DNA of 48,310 nucleotides, taken from positions 1 to 48,310 of the forward strand of contig CANOKG010000001.1 in the NCBI GenBank assembly GCA_947566655.1. The letters are read 5' to 3'. The position numbers and the translations under genes were made by a program. Under the pieces are notes generated by a model that saw only the letters and a list, made by a program, of their open reading frames with translations, did no database searches and was not told where the DNA came from. The stretch comes from an uncultured Muribaculaceae bacterium. GTDB taxonomy: Bacteria; Bacteroidota; Bacteroidia; Bacteroidales; Muribaculaceae. Positions 1 to 9,464 of the stretch are shown in pieces (position 1 is the stretch's first letter; each line of letters opens with the position of its first letter).

Positions 1-267
1 GGCATCAGCAATCGCTAGTGATGTGTGGGTGTAGGCTCCGGCATTAAGAACGATACCTGTCACGTCGGGCGAAAAGCCCCACTCGTGGAGCATATCGATA
101 ATTTCACCTTCATGATTGGACTGCATTCGCGAAATCGACACCTCAGGCATCGACTCAGCAAGTTCATCGATATATTCATCGAGCGAACGGCTTCCATACA
201 CTTCGGGTTCACGACGACCCACCAAGTTTAAGTTAGGCCCATTGATTATCAATATATTCGGCTTCAT
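1..267 (-). CDS. aroQ: Type II 3-dehydroquinate dehydratase. Only the N-terminal 89 aa are present; the 3' end lies beyond the window edge.
   Basis: My own translation of the minus strand from the ATG at 265-267 gives MKPNILIINGPNLNLVGRREPEVYGSRSLDEY..QSNHEGEIIDMLHEW..LNAGAYTHTSLAIADA. This matches the classic AroQ N-terminus, including the INGPNLN, QSNHEG and THTS motifs. It is absent from the ORF track because it runs off the edge. Confidence 0.85.
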   Translation of the reverse strand, partial: MKPNILIINGPNLNLVGRREPEVYGSRSLDEYIDELAESMPEVSISRMQSNHEGEIIDMLHEWGFSPDVTGIVLNAGAYTHTSLAIADA

Positions 268-311
268 AGCTTACTGTAAAAACAAATGAGATAAATTTTA
301 TTGGAATTGAA

Positions 312-1421
312 TCAGTGTTTCAATTCCACCTTTTGGGTCGGAGGCAGTTGTTCATTGCGCTCGTTCACGGCATCCACCACTTCGTGAGCCAGGTGAATGA
401 AAGCATGGGAAACCATAGTATCACCCAAAGCCACGGGGGCACCATCATCGCCGTGCTCACATATCGAGCCCACCACCGGTATCTGAGCCAACAGTTTCAC
501 TCCAAGCTCTTTGGCCAAATTCACACCACCTTCATTACCAAAAATATAATAACGCTCATCGGGATGCTTCTCGGGGGTAAACCAAGACATGTTTTCGACC
601 AATCCCAATATAGGGACATTGACCTTATCACCCATAAACATAGCCACGCCCTTACGGGCATCGGCAAGCGCTACCTGCTGGGGAGTGGTCACAATCACCA
701 CGCCTGTTATAGCCAGTGTCTGGACCAGCGTAAGGTGAATATCGCTCGTTCCGGGAGGCATATCAATAAGGAAATAGTCGAGTTCGCCCCAATCTGCATC
801 AGTTATCAGTTGTTTCAACGCATTGGAAGCCATACCTCCGCGCCACAAAACGGGCGCATTCTTGTCTACAAGAAAACCTATTGACAACAACTTCACGCCA
901 TAACGCTCTGCCGGAATGATAAGCTCCCTCCCGTCAACATGGTGCATATACAGCTCCTCGTTTTCAACGCCGAACATCTTGGGCATCGACGGACCGAAAA
1001 TATCGGCATCAAGCAAGCCCACTTTATATCCTTCGCGGGCCAAAGCCACGGCCAAGTTAGAGGCAACAGTCGATTTACCAACACCTCCTTTACCCGATGA
1101 GACACCGATGATGTTCCTCACTCCTTTAAGCGGACGCTCGGCCGGCTGCGGTGCCAATGTGCGGGTTTTCACGTTGATATTTCCCTTGATTTGCACTTCA
1201 GGGCTGATGTAGGTATTGATTGCCGCCTCAGCGGCTTTCACTATAGACTTGATAAACGGATCGGTAGGACGATCGAAGATAAGCGAGAATGACACTTTAT
1301 CTCCATCGATTCTGATATCATCCTCTACCATGCCGGCTTCCACGATATTCTTGCCGCTGGCCGGATAGCGTACATTGCTCAGTGCATCGAGTATAAGTTT
1401 AGGGTAAAGTCGTTGTTCCAT
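312..1421 (-). CDS. apbC: Mrp/NBP35 (ApbC) family Fe-S cluster carrier ATPase with an N-terminal DUF59-like domain
   Basis: P-loop GVSSGKGGVGKSTVASNLA, deviant Walker A and a CxxC-less Mrp core. I place the start at MEQRLYPK (ATG 1419-1421). The track's longer 397-aa form begins at a TTG in AT-rich leader and adds a low-complexity peptide. Confidence 0.9.
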   Translation of the reverse strand: MEQRLYPKLILDALSNVRYPASGKNIVEAGMVEDDIRIDGDKVSFSLIFDRPTDPFIKSIVKAAEAAINTYISPEVQIKGNINVKTRTLAPQPAERPLKGVRNIIGVSSGKGGVGKSTVASNLAVALAREGYKVGLLDADIFGPSMPKMFGVENEELYMHHVDGRELIIPAERYGVKLLSIGFLVDKNAPVLWRGGMASNALKQLITDADWGELDYFLIDMPPGTSDIHLTLVQTLAITGVVIVTTPQQVALADARKGVAMFMGDKVNVPILGLVENMSWFTPEKHPDERYYIFGNEGGVNLAKELGVKLLAQIPVVGSICEHGDDGAPVALGDTMVSHAFIHLAHEVVDAVNERNEQLPPTQKVELKH

Positions 1422-1442
1422 AGAGTATATATAGAGTATATA

Positions 1443-1525
1443 TTGAACTGATTTAAACTTTATATAAAATGTTAAATACTGAACTGATGGCTGACTTGTT
1501 TTCAATAAAAGTTTAAATCAGTTCA
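1443..1525. repeat. 15-bp perfect inverted repeat in the mrp/apbC leader
   Basis: tgaactgatttaaac (1444-1458) and gtttaaatcagttca (1511-1525) are separated by 52 nt. A third partial copy, tgaactgat, lies within the loop. Confidence 0.75.
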
Positions 1526-1718
1526 TTTTGTCGCGAAGTTACTCATTTACCATGTAATTACAAAACGTCTTCCACTACCTCAACCTTCATCAATGTTAAT
1601 TATAGTTGATTTTTCAACTGAATATCAATCAAAACGTATTTCATTATTGTTACATTATTGTAACATGAATTAAAGACTCGTTACTCTTACTTTTATCAAC
1701 TATTTATTAATCTACGTT

Positions 1719-2597
1719 ATGAAACGCATATTCGTCACTATAATATTATCTACACTGCTTTACTTCCCTGAGGTCAAAGCACAGGAATTTGTCGATGACA
1801 TCGATGACGCCATACGTGATGAACTTATCGACGAACAAGACTATGAAACCGACTCGATAGATGGCAACTATAAATTTGTAATGACACAAACACTCTCCAA
1901 GGCAAAACCTCTGAAGCGCCCATGCATCTACGACATGCCCTACTCTATCTCGGCCAACTACCCCAACTATAGACGGTTGGCAGCTAACACCGGAGTACTG
2001 ATTGCAGGTGGACTTACAACGCTCGTCATACTTGACCTGCTACCCGAGAATGCCACCAATTGGAACAAGAAGGAAGAGACCGAAGTTCCGATGGCCGAAC
2101 GCTACTACAACAACGTAATGAATGGCCCTCATTGGGATCATGACAACCCTATATTCAACTACGTTCTGCACCCGTATGCCGGCGCCGCCTACTATATGAG
2201 CGCCCGCTCACAAGGGTTTAACATGTGGTATTCGGCCCTTTACAGTTTTGCTGTCTCCACAATTTTCTGGGAATATGGCATCGAAGCTTTTATGGAAATC
2301 CCTTCGATACAGGATTTGTTCGTTACACCGTTGGGAGGATGGCTCATTGGCGAATTTTTTTACAAAGCCAAACGATACATTGTAGAACATGATTACCGGC
2401 TATGGGGATCCAAGGCATGTGGATATATCGCAGCTTTCCTGCTTGATCCTGTCAACGAATGCTTAGGCTACTTCCGTGGCAACGAAGCTCATGGATGGAG
2501 CAAACGTCATAATGTGGAGATAAACTCTCAGTTCAGCCTCGCACCCGACGTGTTCGGTGGCCAAGCCCCGACACTGTCAGTATCGCTGACTTTTTAA
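1719..2597 (+). CDS. Exported or membrane-associated hypothetical protein, probably DUF3943 family
   Basis: N-terminal signal peptide (..LLYFPEVKAQE). The conserved-looking block NYVLHPYAGAAYYMSARSQG...FWEYGIEAFMEIPSIQDLFVTPLGGWLIGE matches my recollection of the Bacteroidetes DUF3943 core. The family assignment is unverified. Confidence 0.6.
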   Translation: MKRIFVTIILSTLLYFPEVKAQEFVDDIDDAIRDELIDEQDYETDSIDGNYKFVMTQTLSKAKPLKRPCIYDMPYSISANYPNYRRLAANTGVLIAGGLTTLVILDLLPENATNWNKKEETEVPMAERYYNNVMNGPHWDHDNPIFNYVLHPYAGAAYYMSARSQGFNMWYSALYSFAVSTIFWEYGIEAFMEIPSIQDLFVTPLGGWLIGEFFYKAKRYIVEHDYRLWGSKACGYIAAFLLDPVNECLGYFRGNEAHGWSKRHNVEINSQFSLAPDVFGGQAPTLSVSLTF

Positions 2598-2599
2598 GC

Positions 2600-4036
2600 T
2601 CAATCGGCAGCAATCGTTGAGAATCGCCTGATTCGATAACCGGTCCACGCCATTGCGAGCGACATAAGCGGACTGAGAATATTAAAAAAGCAGAACGGCA
2701 AATAAACAAGGGTTGACACTCCTAACACAGCCGAGTGGGTCACACCACACGAGTTCCACGGAATAAGAACCGAAGAGACCGAAACCGAATCTTCAAGCGA
2801 ACAGCTCAACAATCGTCCTTCAAGGCGATTGCGGTTATAGATTTTACGAAACAGATTGCCTCCTATAATAATTGACAGGTATTGGTCAGCTGTACAACTG
2901 TTAAGAAACAACCCGCTTGCAACAGTAGCACCAACAATAGAACGCGGCCCGTCAAGACGACGGGTGAACGATTCAGTAATAGTTGTAAGCATACCGGTTC
3001 CCATCAAAGCTCCACCAAAAATCATTGCCGCGGCCACAAGCTTTACCGTGGGAATCATCCCGGCCATTCCACCGGTCGACACGAGAGAATCGAGCAATTC
3101 ATTACCTGTAGACAGAGATGTATCAAACAAGATCACATTAGCTGCGATGCCACCGTAGGAATGCCCACCGGCAAGAAATCCTCCTACGACACCGGGTTGA
3201 AAGGCAAACATCGCACCTAAACCCGACAACGCGCTTATTGTCAATACCAAATTAGTATTAAACCTCATAAAAATAGCAGCTACAGTCAATGCAGGTACTA
3301 AAAGCAACCAGGGAGTAAGATTAAATGCCGACTGCAATGACAACTCCATTGCTTCAGAATTAGCCTCACCGCTAAGATCAGTCATTGCCCCGGCAATCAT
3401 AAAAGCAACCAGCGCGATTGACATTGCAGGCACAGAGGTTATCATAAGATAGCGAATGTGAGTGAACAACCTCACTCCTGTCGACGATGAAGCCAAAACA
3501 GTAGTGTCGCTAAGAGGAGAAACCTTATCGCCAAAGTAAGCGCCCGATATGATCGCTCCGGCAATCCACCCCTCGTTGTATCCCATGACAGTACCTATGC
3601 CCATGAAAGCCACTCCAATTGTAGCTATGGTCGTCCAGGAGCTCCCGGTAAGAACCGAAATAACCGAACAAGTCGCACAAGTTATAAACAGGAACATTGT
3701 AGGGTTAAGCACTTGCAACCCATAGTTTATCATCAGTGGCACAGTTCCACTCAGCATCCATGTAGCCGATACCGCACCTATCAGCAGCAACACCGGAAAC
3801 GAGGGAAATATCTGCGATACACTCTTATATAGGCCTATCTTTAAAGCCTTAAAACGCCGCCGGTAACCCAGAACAGCTATTATATAAGCTACCGCCGCCG
3901 AGCCCAACAGAACTGTAGCGCTCCAGTCCTGAACAGCATGAGCACCCTCCACCGCGATCAAGGCTATAAGCGATGTAAGCAACAATACTATCGGAATCAG
4001 AGCCACCCATAGTGGCATTTTCTTAGAGCTACCCAT
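2600..4036 (-). CDS. nhaC: NhaC-family Na+/H+ antiporter
   Basis: 478-aa polytopic membrane protein. Its length, helix pattern and conserved stretches (GSSWTTIATIGVAFMGIG, IISGAYFGDKVSPLSDTT, SVLIPWNSCG) are typical of NhaC. Confidence 0.8.
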   Translation of the reverse strand: MGSSKKMPLWVALIPIVLLLTSLIALIAVEGAHAVQDWSATVLLGSAAVAYIIAVLGYRRRFKALKIGLYKSVSQIFPSFPVLLLIGAVSATWMLSGTVPLMINYGLQVLNPTMFLFITCATCSVISVLTGSSWTTIATIGVAFMGIGTVMGYNEGWIAGAIISGAYFGDKVSPLSDTTVLASSSTGVRLFTHIRYLMITSVPAMSIALVAFMIAGAMTDLSGEANSEAMELSLQSAFNLTPWLLLVPALTVAAIFMRFNTNLVLTISALSGLGAMFAFQPGVVGGFLAGGHSYGGIAANVILFDTSLSTGNELLDSLVSTGGMAGMIPTVKLVAAAMIFGGALMGTGMLTTITESFTRRLDGPRSIVGATVASGLFLNSCTADQYLSIIIGGNLFRKIYNRNRLEGRLLSCSLEDSVSVSSVLIPWNSCGVTHSAVLGVSTLVYLPFCFFNILSPLMSLAMAWTGYRIRRFSTIAAD

Positions 4037-4057
4037 TAAAATTTAACCAAATCAGTT

Positions 4058-4094
4058 CTAAAACAAAGAGGGGCATTTATCACAAACGCCCCTC
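4058..4094 (-). terminator. Intrinsic terminator after the PpiD-like gene
   Basis: On the minus strand: gaggggc-(13 nt)-gcccctc followed by tttgtttt. Plus-strand arms are 4068-4074 and 4088-4094, with the A-run at 4060-4067. Confidence 0.6.
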
Positions 4095-4148
4095 CTCTCT
4101 TATGAAAATTCTAGTAAAAATATATTAAGTACTTAATATTCCGGAAAA

Positions 4149-6218
4149 TTAGTCCTGAAAAAACTTCTGGACTTTGTTATCAACCTTCGCATTGGAACGG
4201 ATAATTTCTGACCAATTGCGAAGCAGAACCTGAGCGCCCTGAGTCTGTTGGAAATAACTTGCATCGTTAACAGAGTCAAATTCGCGGGCAGGAGCATTCT
4301 GGTTAATTCCCTCAATTACCACCACCGAGTAATCGGTAGCAACAGGGCCTTCCAACTGGCCGACTTTGGCAGCTGATGCGAGTGCGATAAGCTTGCCGTC
4401 ACCAGGCATAAAGCCACGGGCATAATTCTGACCGAATGTCACTGTGGTTGTATCAACCTTGGCATTCATAGCCTGTGCATAGCTGTCGATAGAATTACCT
4501 TTGCCTTGATAATCGGCAAGAAGTTTCTCCGCTTTCTTCTCACGAACAACCTTTGTGCGTGTCTGAGCCTCTACTTGAGGATCGCTAAGCGGAGTATAAC
4601 CCTTGTCATATTTGTTAACAAGAGCACCGGCAAAGAATATTGACTTGTCATCATCACTATATACATCCGATACCTGACCCTTCTTGGCATTTACAGCCCA
4701 CTTTGCAAGAACACGAGTGTCGGGGTAACCGGCAACTGAAAGTGAATTCTTTGTAACGGTAGCGGGAAGTGAAGTGTAGTTTGATGCAGTAGCGTTATCT
4801 TTAAAAGCGGCAGCGGTGTTGTTGTTGGCAACATAAGCACGCAAGCGGCTCTGAGTATCATTGATAGTTGTGGTCGAAGGCTCGAGCTGATAGGTAATCT
4901 CAGCGAGATCGTAAGATACAACCTGAGGATCTTTCTTAGCCAAACGAAGAATGAAATTGGGTTGACCGGTCATGTCGGGAGCGTTGAAATAAACACCTTC
5001 CTCGGCTTGACCAAAGAGCATCTGCAACTGAGTGTTGGAAAGCAGCGATGCACGCTGTGCAAGCTGAGATTGGGCAACTGTACCCTCAGCGAGATCGGCA
5101 AGTTGAGTTCCATTGTTCAGTGCATTGATAATCGAATCGGCATCCACTGTCTCAGCAAGCGCGATCATATCAAAACTGATTGAATCGGTTGCCATACCGG
5201 TACCATTGAACTTAACGATGGTGTACTTATTGTCGAAGAAGCTTATTTGCTGTACGCTGTCGGTAGCGAGCGATTCGAGTTTTGCGCTGATATTTGCAGG
5301 CAGATATTTGGCTGCGGTATTGTAGTGGTTAACGACAAACTTGTTGTTACCAACCAAAGCCTCAGTACCTGGCATAGTGCGAAGATTCATCAAAGCATCC
5401 TCTACAGCCTGTGTAGCTTCAAGACGGTCCTGGTCGCTGGGAGTAACCTCAGCTACAATGTAATTGATAACATAAGTGTCATCTTTCAAACGATACAAAC
5501 CTTTATCTTTTTCATACTGGGCCTTCAGGTCGGCATCACTAACCTCTATATCGGCATCAGGAACTGAAGAAACGTCAACTTTAACGTAACGCACATCGGT
5601 AGAGTTGTTATTGTCTTCAAATTGGGCTTTAGCATCAAGATCGTTGACAGTAAGAGCACCGAGAACGAGGGTCTGGAACTTCTGCTGTTTAAGTATTTCC
5701 GCTACCTGCTTCTCAAGATCCATCCACTCGGCTTTGAACTGAGCGGCTGTCTCGGCATCGAGCTGATACTGCTGAGAGTTGAAAGCGAGTTCATGAAGAT
5801 CACGGCCTGAATACATTCCTTGCTGTTGACGCTGCCAATAGAGCTGTTGAACTGCCATAGGCAGATTTTCGCCCAACATAGCTTGACCAAGTTCTTCACC
5901 GGTAACAGTAATTCCGAGACAATCCATCTCTTCGTTCATCAATGTCTCTTCTACGAGCGACTGCATAGCCTGCTCCTGAATCATGGCATTGTCAACGTTT
6001 TTGTAGCCACGGCTCTCATACTGGCGACGCAGTTCCTCCGTGCGCTGTTGGAAATCAGTGTGACTTATTTTTTTACCGTTGACCTTAGCGATGGTTGTAG
6101 GGTCGCTGAACAGCTTCTCGGGATTGCTGATAGCTGTAAAGATGAACAGTACAAGTGCAAGACCTAAGATTGAAATAATAAGTCCGGGTCTTTTGCGGAT
6201 TTCTTCAAGTGCTGACAT
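4149..6218 (-). CDS. PpiD/SurA-N-like periplasmic chaperone, membrane anchored, with a degenerate parvulin region
   Basis: The N-terminus MSALEEIRKRPGLIISILGLALVLFIF is the typical PpiD anchor. The 689-aa length and SurA-N-like composition also fit. I could not find a GGxLG-type rotamase signature. Confidence 0.7.
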   Translation of the reverse strand: MSALEEIRKRPGLIISILGLALVLFIFTAISNPEKLFSDPTTIAKVNGKKISHTDFQQRTEELRRQYESRGYKNVDNAMIQEQAMQSLVEETLMNEEMDCLGITVTGEELGQAMLGENLPMAVQQLYWQRQQQGMYSGRDLHELAFNSQQYQLDAETAAQFKAEWMDLEKQVAEILKQQKFQTLVLGALTVNDLDAKAQFEDNNNSTDVRYVKVDVSSVPDADIEVSDADLKAQYEKDKGLYRLKDDTYVINYIVAEVTPSDQDRLEATQAVEDALMNLRTMPGTEALVGNNKFVVNHYNTAAKYLPANISAKLESLATDSVQQISFFDNKYTIVKFNGTGMATDSISFDMIALAETVDADSIINALNNGTQLADLAEGTVAQSQLAQRASLLSNTQLQMLFGQAEEGVYFNAPDMTGQPNFILRLAKKDPQVVSYDLAEITYQLEPSTTTINDTQSRLRAYVANNNTAAAFKDNATASNYTSLPATVTKNSLSVAGYPDTRVLAKWAVNAKKGQVSDVYSDDDKSIFFAGALVNKYDKGYTPLSDPQVEAQTRTKVVREKKAEKLLADYQGKGNSIDSYAQAMNAKVDTTTVTFGQNYARGFMPGDGKLIALASAAKVGQLEGPVATDYSVVVIEGINQNAPAREFDSVNDASYFQQTQGAQVLLRNWSEIIRSNAKVDNKVQKFFQD

Positions 6219-6479
6219 TTAATAAGTTATTGTTTTTGATTTATTATTTATCTTATAATGCATCTGCTACCCGCACGGTTATGACGGGCAACAATCGCAC
6301 AAAGGTAACGATTCAAAACCAAAAAACCAAACTTTTGTTTGTTACTGCAATACAAAAAAAGACTTCATCATCGTTTCCCAACGACTCTGAAGCCCAAAAA
6401 TTTCTATTAACTAAAAAACAAAAAAAATTATGAAATTAATCAGAGCGTGTTGACTCAACACACTAAAATATCAAATTTA

Positions 6480-7733
6480 TTAACGGGATGAACGGTCAGT
6501 CATGTTCCCATTACGTCCCGATGACATGTTACTGAAGAGGCGGGCTCGCGCCAGCATACACGCTCCGATAACTCCGGCTTTCTCTTTCAGACGCGACACC
6601 GAGATATTGGTATCACGATTAACCAGATTCAGAGAGTGCTTTCTTACCGAGCTGCGTATCGGTTGCACCAGATAGTCACCCGTCTGCGACAATATACCGC
6701 CTATCACCACCTCCTCAGGATTAAAAATATTTATAAGGCCGGCAATATGTCGGCCAAGATTATAGCCAACCTCCTCAAGAAGATCTATACACAACACATC
6801 CTCGTGGTTGATAGCATCAATGATTTCATAAAGCGACACCTTCGATGGATCTTCCTGTATCGCCTTAGACAAGATCGAAGACTCACCTCGCTGCACACGT
6901 TCAACGAGCTTTCGGTGAATAGCCACACCCGAAGCCTCGGTTTCAAGACAACCTTTCTTACCACAGTGACATATCACCTCATTGTCGTAGCACGGATAAT
7001 GACCCAACTCGCCCGCAAAGCCAGAATTACCTGAATAACTCTTACCATCTATAATTATGCCCAGTCCGAGTCCCCATGAGAGATTTATAAAGAGCAGATT
7101 TTTCTTATTGCTGATATTTCCACAGAGATATTCACCATAAGACATCGCACGCGAATCGTTTTCAATAACAGTCTCAAGCCCCAGTCGACGACTTATAATC
7201 TGAGCTACCGGTTCCTCGCCAAGATTAAACCAACTGAAACTATAACCGGCCTCGGGATTAACACGTCCCGATATATTCACACACACAATAAGGATGTGGC
7301 GACGGTCAACATCGAGTCCATTGATGAAGTCATCGATTACCTGGCACAGATTCTCTATTCCCTCGGCCGAGTTGCTGATATCGCGTTTCACATTCATTCT
7401 GTGCTCGACAATTTCTCCATTGAAATTCATCAATGCGACATTAACCGATCCCAAGTCTATATCAACCCCGACAAAATATCCCGAATCGGGATTAAGCCCA
7501 TAAAGATGGGGATGACGCCCCTCTGATGTCTCCAACTTGCCATAAGTAAGCAGCAGCCCGGTGTCGCACATCTCCTCAATAAGCTTGGTTACTGTAGGAA
7601 TCGAGATATCAAGCGCACGTGACAGCTCCGAGATAGTAGAATTGCCATTGTAGATAAAGTAATTAATCAGACGCTTTTTAAGAATAGCATTCTTGCTGCC
7701 TGTTTCCAGCGATTTCAGTAAGTCCTGTGCCAT
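6480..7733 (-). CDS. ROK-family transcriptional regulator (NagC/Mlc-like, N-terminal wHTH)
   Basis: wHTH ISELSRALDISIPTVTKLIEEM, ROK sugar-kinase fold (GVDIDLGSVNVAL), and the zinc motif GHYPCYDNEVICHCGKKGCLE. Confidence 0.85.
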   Translation of the reverse strand: MAQDLLKSLETGSKNAILKKRLINYFIYNGNSTISELSRALDISIPTVTKLIEEMCDTGLLLTYGKLETSEGRHPHLYGLNPDSGYFVGVDIDLGSVNVALMNFNGEIVEHRMNVKRDISNSAEGIENLCQVIDDFINGLDVDRRHILIVCVNISGRVNPEAGYSFSWFNLGEEPVAQIISRRLGLETVIENDSRAMSYGEYLCGNISNKKNLLFINLSWGLGLGIIIDGKSYSGNSGFAGELGHYPCYDNEVICHCGKKGCLETEASGVAIHRKLVERVQRGESSILSKAIQEDPSKVSLYEIIDAINHEDVLCIDLLEEVGYNLGRHIAGLINIFNPEEVVIGGILSQTGDYLVQPIRSSVRKHSLNLVNRDTNISVSRLKEKAGVIGACMLARARLFSNMSSGRNGNMTDRSSR

Positions 7734-7806
7734 TGAGATTGATTTATGAGAATTATACGATTCGTATTAAGCCGAGTATTAACCCGTCGCGAAATAGGCT
7801 TTTGCG

Positions 7807-7814
7807 CAAATTTA
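7807..7814 (-). promoter_or_regulatory. Candidate -7 box for the ROK regulator gene, overlapping a perfect palindrome
   Basis: The minus strand reads TAAATTTG. It overlaps the 10-bp palindrome TTTGCGCAAA (7801-7810). Confidence 0.4.
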
Positions 7815-7932
7815 ATCCATTCTCTTTAAAAACACAACTTTTGTAACAGAAATTTTACAATTATTCATTTAACAAAACCGTGTTGTTACTAATAATTTTT
7901 ACTAAAACAGGCTCTGACAAAGAAAAAATGCG

Positions 7933-7940
7933 TATATTTG
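7933..7940 (+). promoter_or_regulatory. Candidate -7 box upstream of the sialate O-acetylesterase gene
   Basis: TATATTTG matches TAnnTTTG and lies about 80 nt before the ATG at 8021. I found no clear -33 TTTG. Confidence 0.4.
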
Positions 7941-8020
7941 CGATTAGCATATCGAAAAGAGTTTATAAACCATTTAGCTAACATGAATATACTCTCTATA
8001 CTAAGAAAACAGTTTATTTC

Positions 8021-9457
8021 ATGAGATTACCTATCATTACTACCATCCTTACTGTTGCCTCGGTTACGGCAACAAATTTCGCATCGGCCAAGGTGAGCTT
8101 ATCACCAATTTTCAGTGACAACATGGTTATACAACAACAAGCTACTGTTACCATGCATGGTAAATCAACCCCGGGCCGCAAAGTCAAAGTCAAGAACTCG
8201 TGGAATGGAAAATCCATGCAAACCGAAGTAGCTCCCGACAGTATTTGGAGCGTTAAACTTGACACGCCTACATTCGGCGGTCCTTACACCATCACCGTCA
8301 GCGACCATGACAGCCGACTTGTGCTCAACAACATACTCATAGGCGATGTATGGGTGTGCGGCGGGCAGTCTAACATGGAAATGCCCATGAGAGGCTTCTC
8401 AGGACAGCCAACCAACGAGACACTTGATATGATAGTAAGCGCCAAGCCCGATCGTCAACTAAGATTGTTCAAACAGCCTCAGGACTGGTCAACCACACCT
8501 AAGCAAGATCCCATTGGAGGAACATGGACCGAACAGACACCGGCCACAGTCAGGGAATTCAGTGCCGTAGGCTATATTTTCGGTGACCGGATACAACAGG
8601 AGACCGACATACCGATAGGACTGATCGAATGTTGCTGGAGCAACTCCAAAATAGAGACCTGGATGCCGCGCAACAGTTTCGAGACACTTTTTCCGGAAAT
8701 AGAGCTTCCTGCCTACGACCAAACCGAGTTTGAATGGCTCACAGGCACTCCTACACTTCTCTACAACGCTATGGTGAATCCATGGAACGGATTCCCGGTA
8801 AAAGGAGTCATATGGTACCAGGGTGAGGCCAACCACCCTTATCCGGCACTTTATAAGCAGCTGTTCCCGGCCATGGTGAACGAGTGGCAAAAAGTTTTTG
8901 CAAACGATTCTCTTCCTTTCTACTACGTGCAATTGGCATCCTACAACGCAGGTAACTGTGAGGGAACCGCTCTCCCCGAATTCCGCCAGGTCCAAGCCGA
9001 ACTTCTTGACATAATGCCCAACGTGGCCATGGCTACCATTGGCGATGTTGGCGACCGGGTATTCATCCACTGTCCGAAAAAGCTCAAAGTAGGCCAACGC
9101 CTTGCCTACCTTGCACTCGAAAAAAGTTATGGACGTGACGGACTCGATGTACAACCACCGATTGCACGCCACGCAGGCTATAATCCTAAAGACAGTACAA
9201 TATGGATAACATTTGACAATCCCGGATTAGGATTGATACCTACCCAGGTCACCCTCGATGAATTTGAAGTAGTTGACACCGATGGAAACTGCCACAAGGC
9301 CAAAGCCAAGGCTTTTGGTGGTAATGGCGTTGCCGTTTGGTCGCCAATCGACCATCCTGTCGAAGTGAGATACGGCTTCCATAATTGTTTTGAGGCTACA
9401 TTGTTCAACAACATGTACATACCGGCTTCTCCTTTTAAATTAACAATAACTTATTAA
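8021..9457 (+). CDS. Sialate O-acetylesterase (SASA/NanS-like)
   Basis: Signal peptide, then GDVWVCGGQSNMEMPM (the GQSN catalytic block) and VIWYQGEAN, as in 9-O-acetylesterases. Confidence 0.8.
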   Translation: MRLPIITTILTVASVTATNFASAKVSLSPIFSDNMVIQQQATVTMHGKSTPGRKVKVKNSWNGKSMQTEVAPDSIWSVKLDTPTFGGPYTITVSDHDSRLVLNNILIGDVWVCGGQSNMEMPMRGFSGQPTNETLDMIVSAKPDRQLRLFKQPQDWSTTPKQDPIGGTWTEQTPATVREFSAVGYIFGDRIQQETDIPIGLIECCWSNSKIETWMPRNSFETLFPEIELPAYDQTEFEWLTGTPTLLYNAMVNPWNGFPVKGVIWYQGEANHPYPALYKQLFPAMVNEWQKVFANDSLPFYYVQLASYNAGNCEGTALPEFRQVQAELLDIMPNVAMATIGDVGDRVFIHCPKKLKVGQRLAYLALEKSYGRDGLDVQPPIARHAGYNPKDSTIWITFDNPGLGLIPTQVTLDEFEVVDTDGNCHKAKAKAFGGNGVAVWSPIDHPVEVRYGFHNCFEATLFNNMYIPASPFKLTITY

Positions 9458-9464
9458 TATAACC

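Noticed and set aside
1422-1505. N-terminally extended ORF-track models: 312-1505 for Mrp, 17830-19326 for the porin, 26212-27189 for Dus, 15605-16303 for the response regulator
   Set aside because: The 1505 and 26212 starts are TTG codons, and the 17830 and 16303 starts appear to be non-ATG as well. All four extensions add low-complexity or non-conserved peptides ahead of an ATG that yields a canonical N-terminus (a DUF59 start, a signal peptide, a Dus motif or a receiver domain).
6209-6433. A 74-aa ORF in the PpiD-ROK intergenic region
   Set aside because: The translation is Lys/Thr/Gln-rich low-complexity sequence derived from poly-A tracts. It has no signal peptide or motif and overlaps the PpiD-like gene start. 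It is most likely non-coding spacer with a weak hairpin (gtgttga-c-tcaacac, about 6449-6463) after the ROK gene.
8489-9172. Long antisense ORFs inside well-supported genes, for example 8489-9172(-), 315-884(+), 16441-17061(+), 32478-32930(-), 21763-22215(-), 28307-28768(-)
   Set aside because: Each lies wholly within, and opposite to, a CDS with strong family signatures (sialate esterase, Mrp, MetK, SufE, Gfo/Idh/MocA, TopA). Their translations are low-complexity or Arg/Ser/Cys-rich with no motifs. These are typical shadow ORFs.
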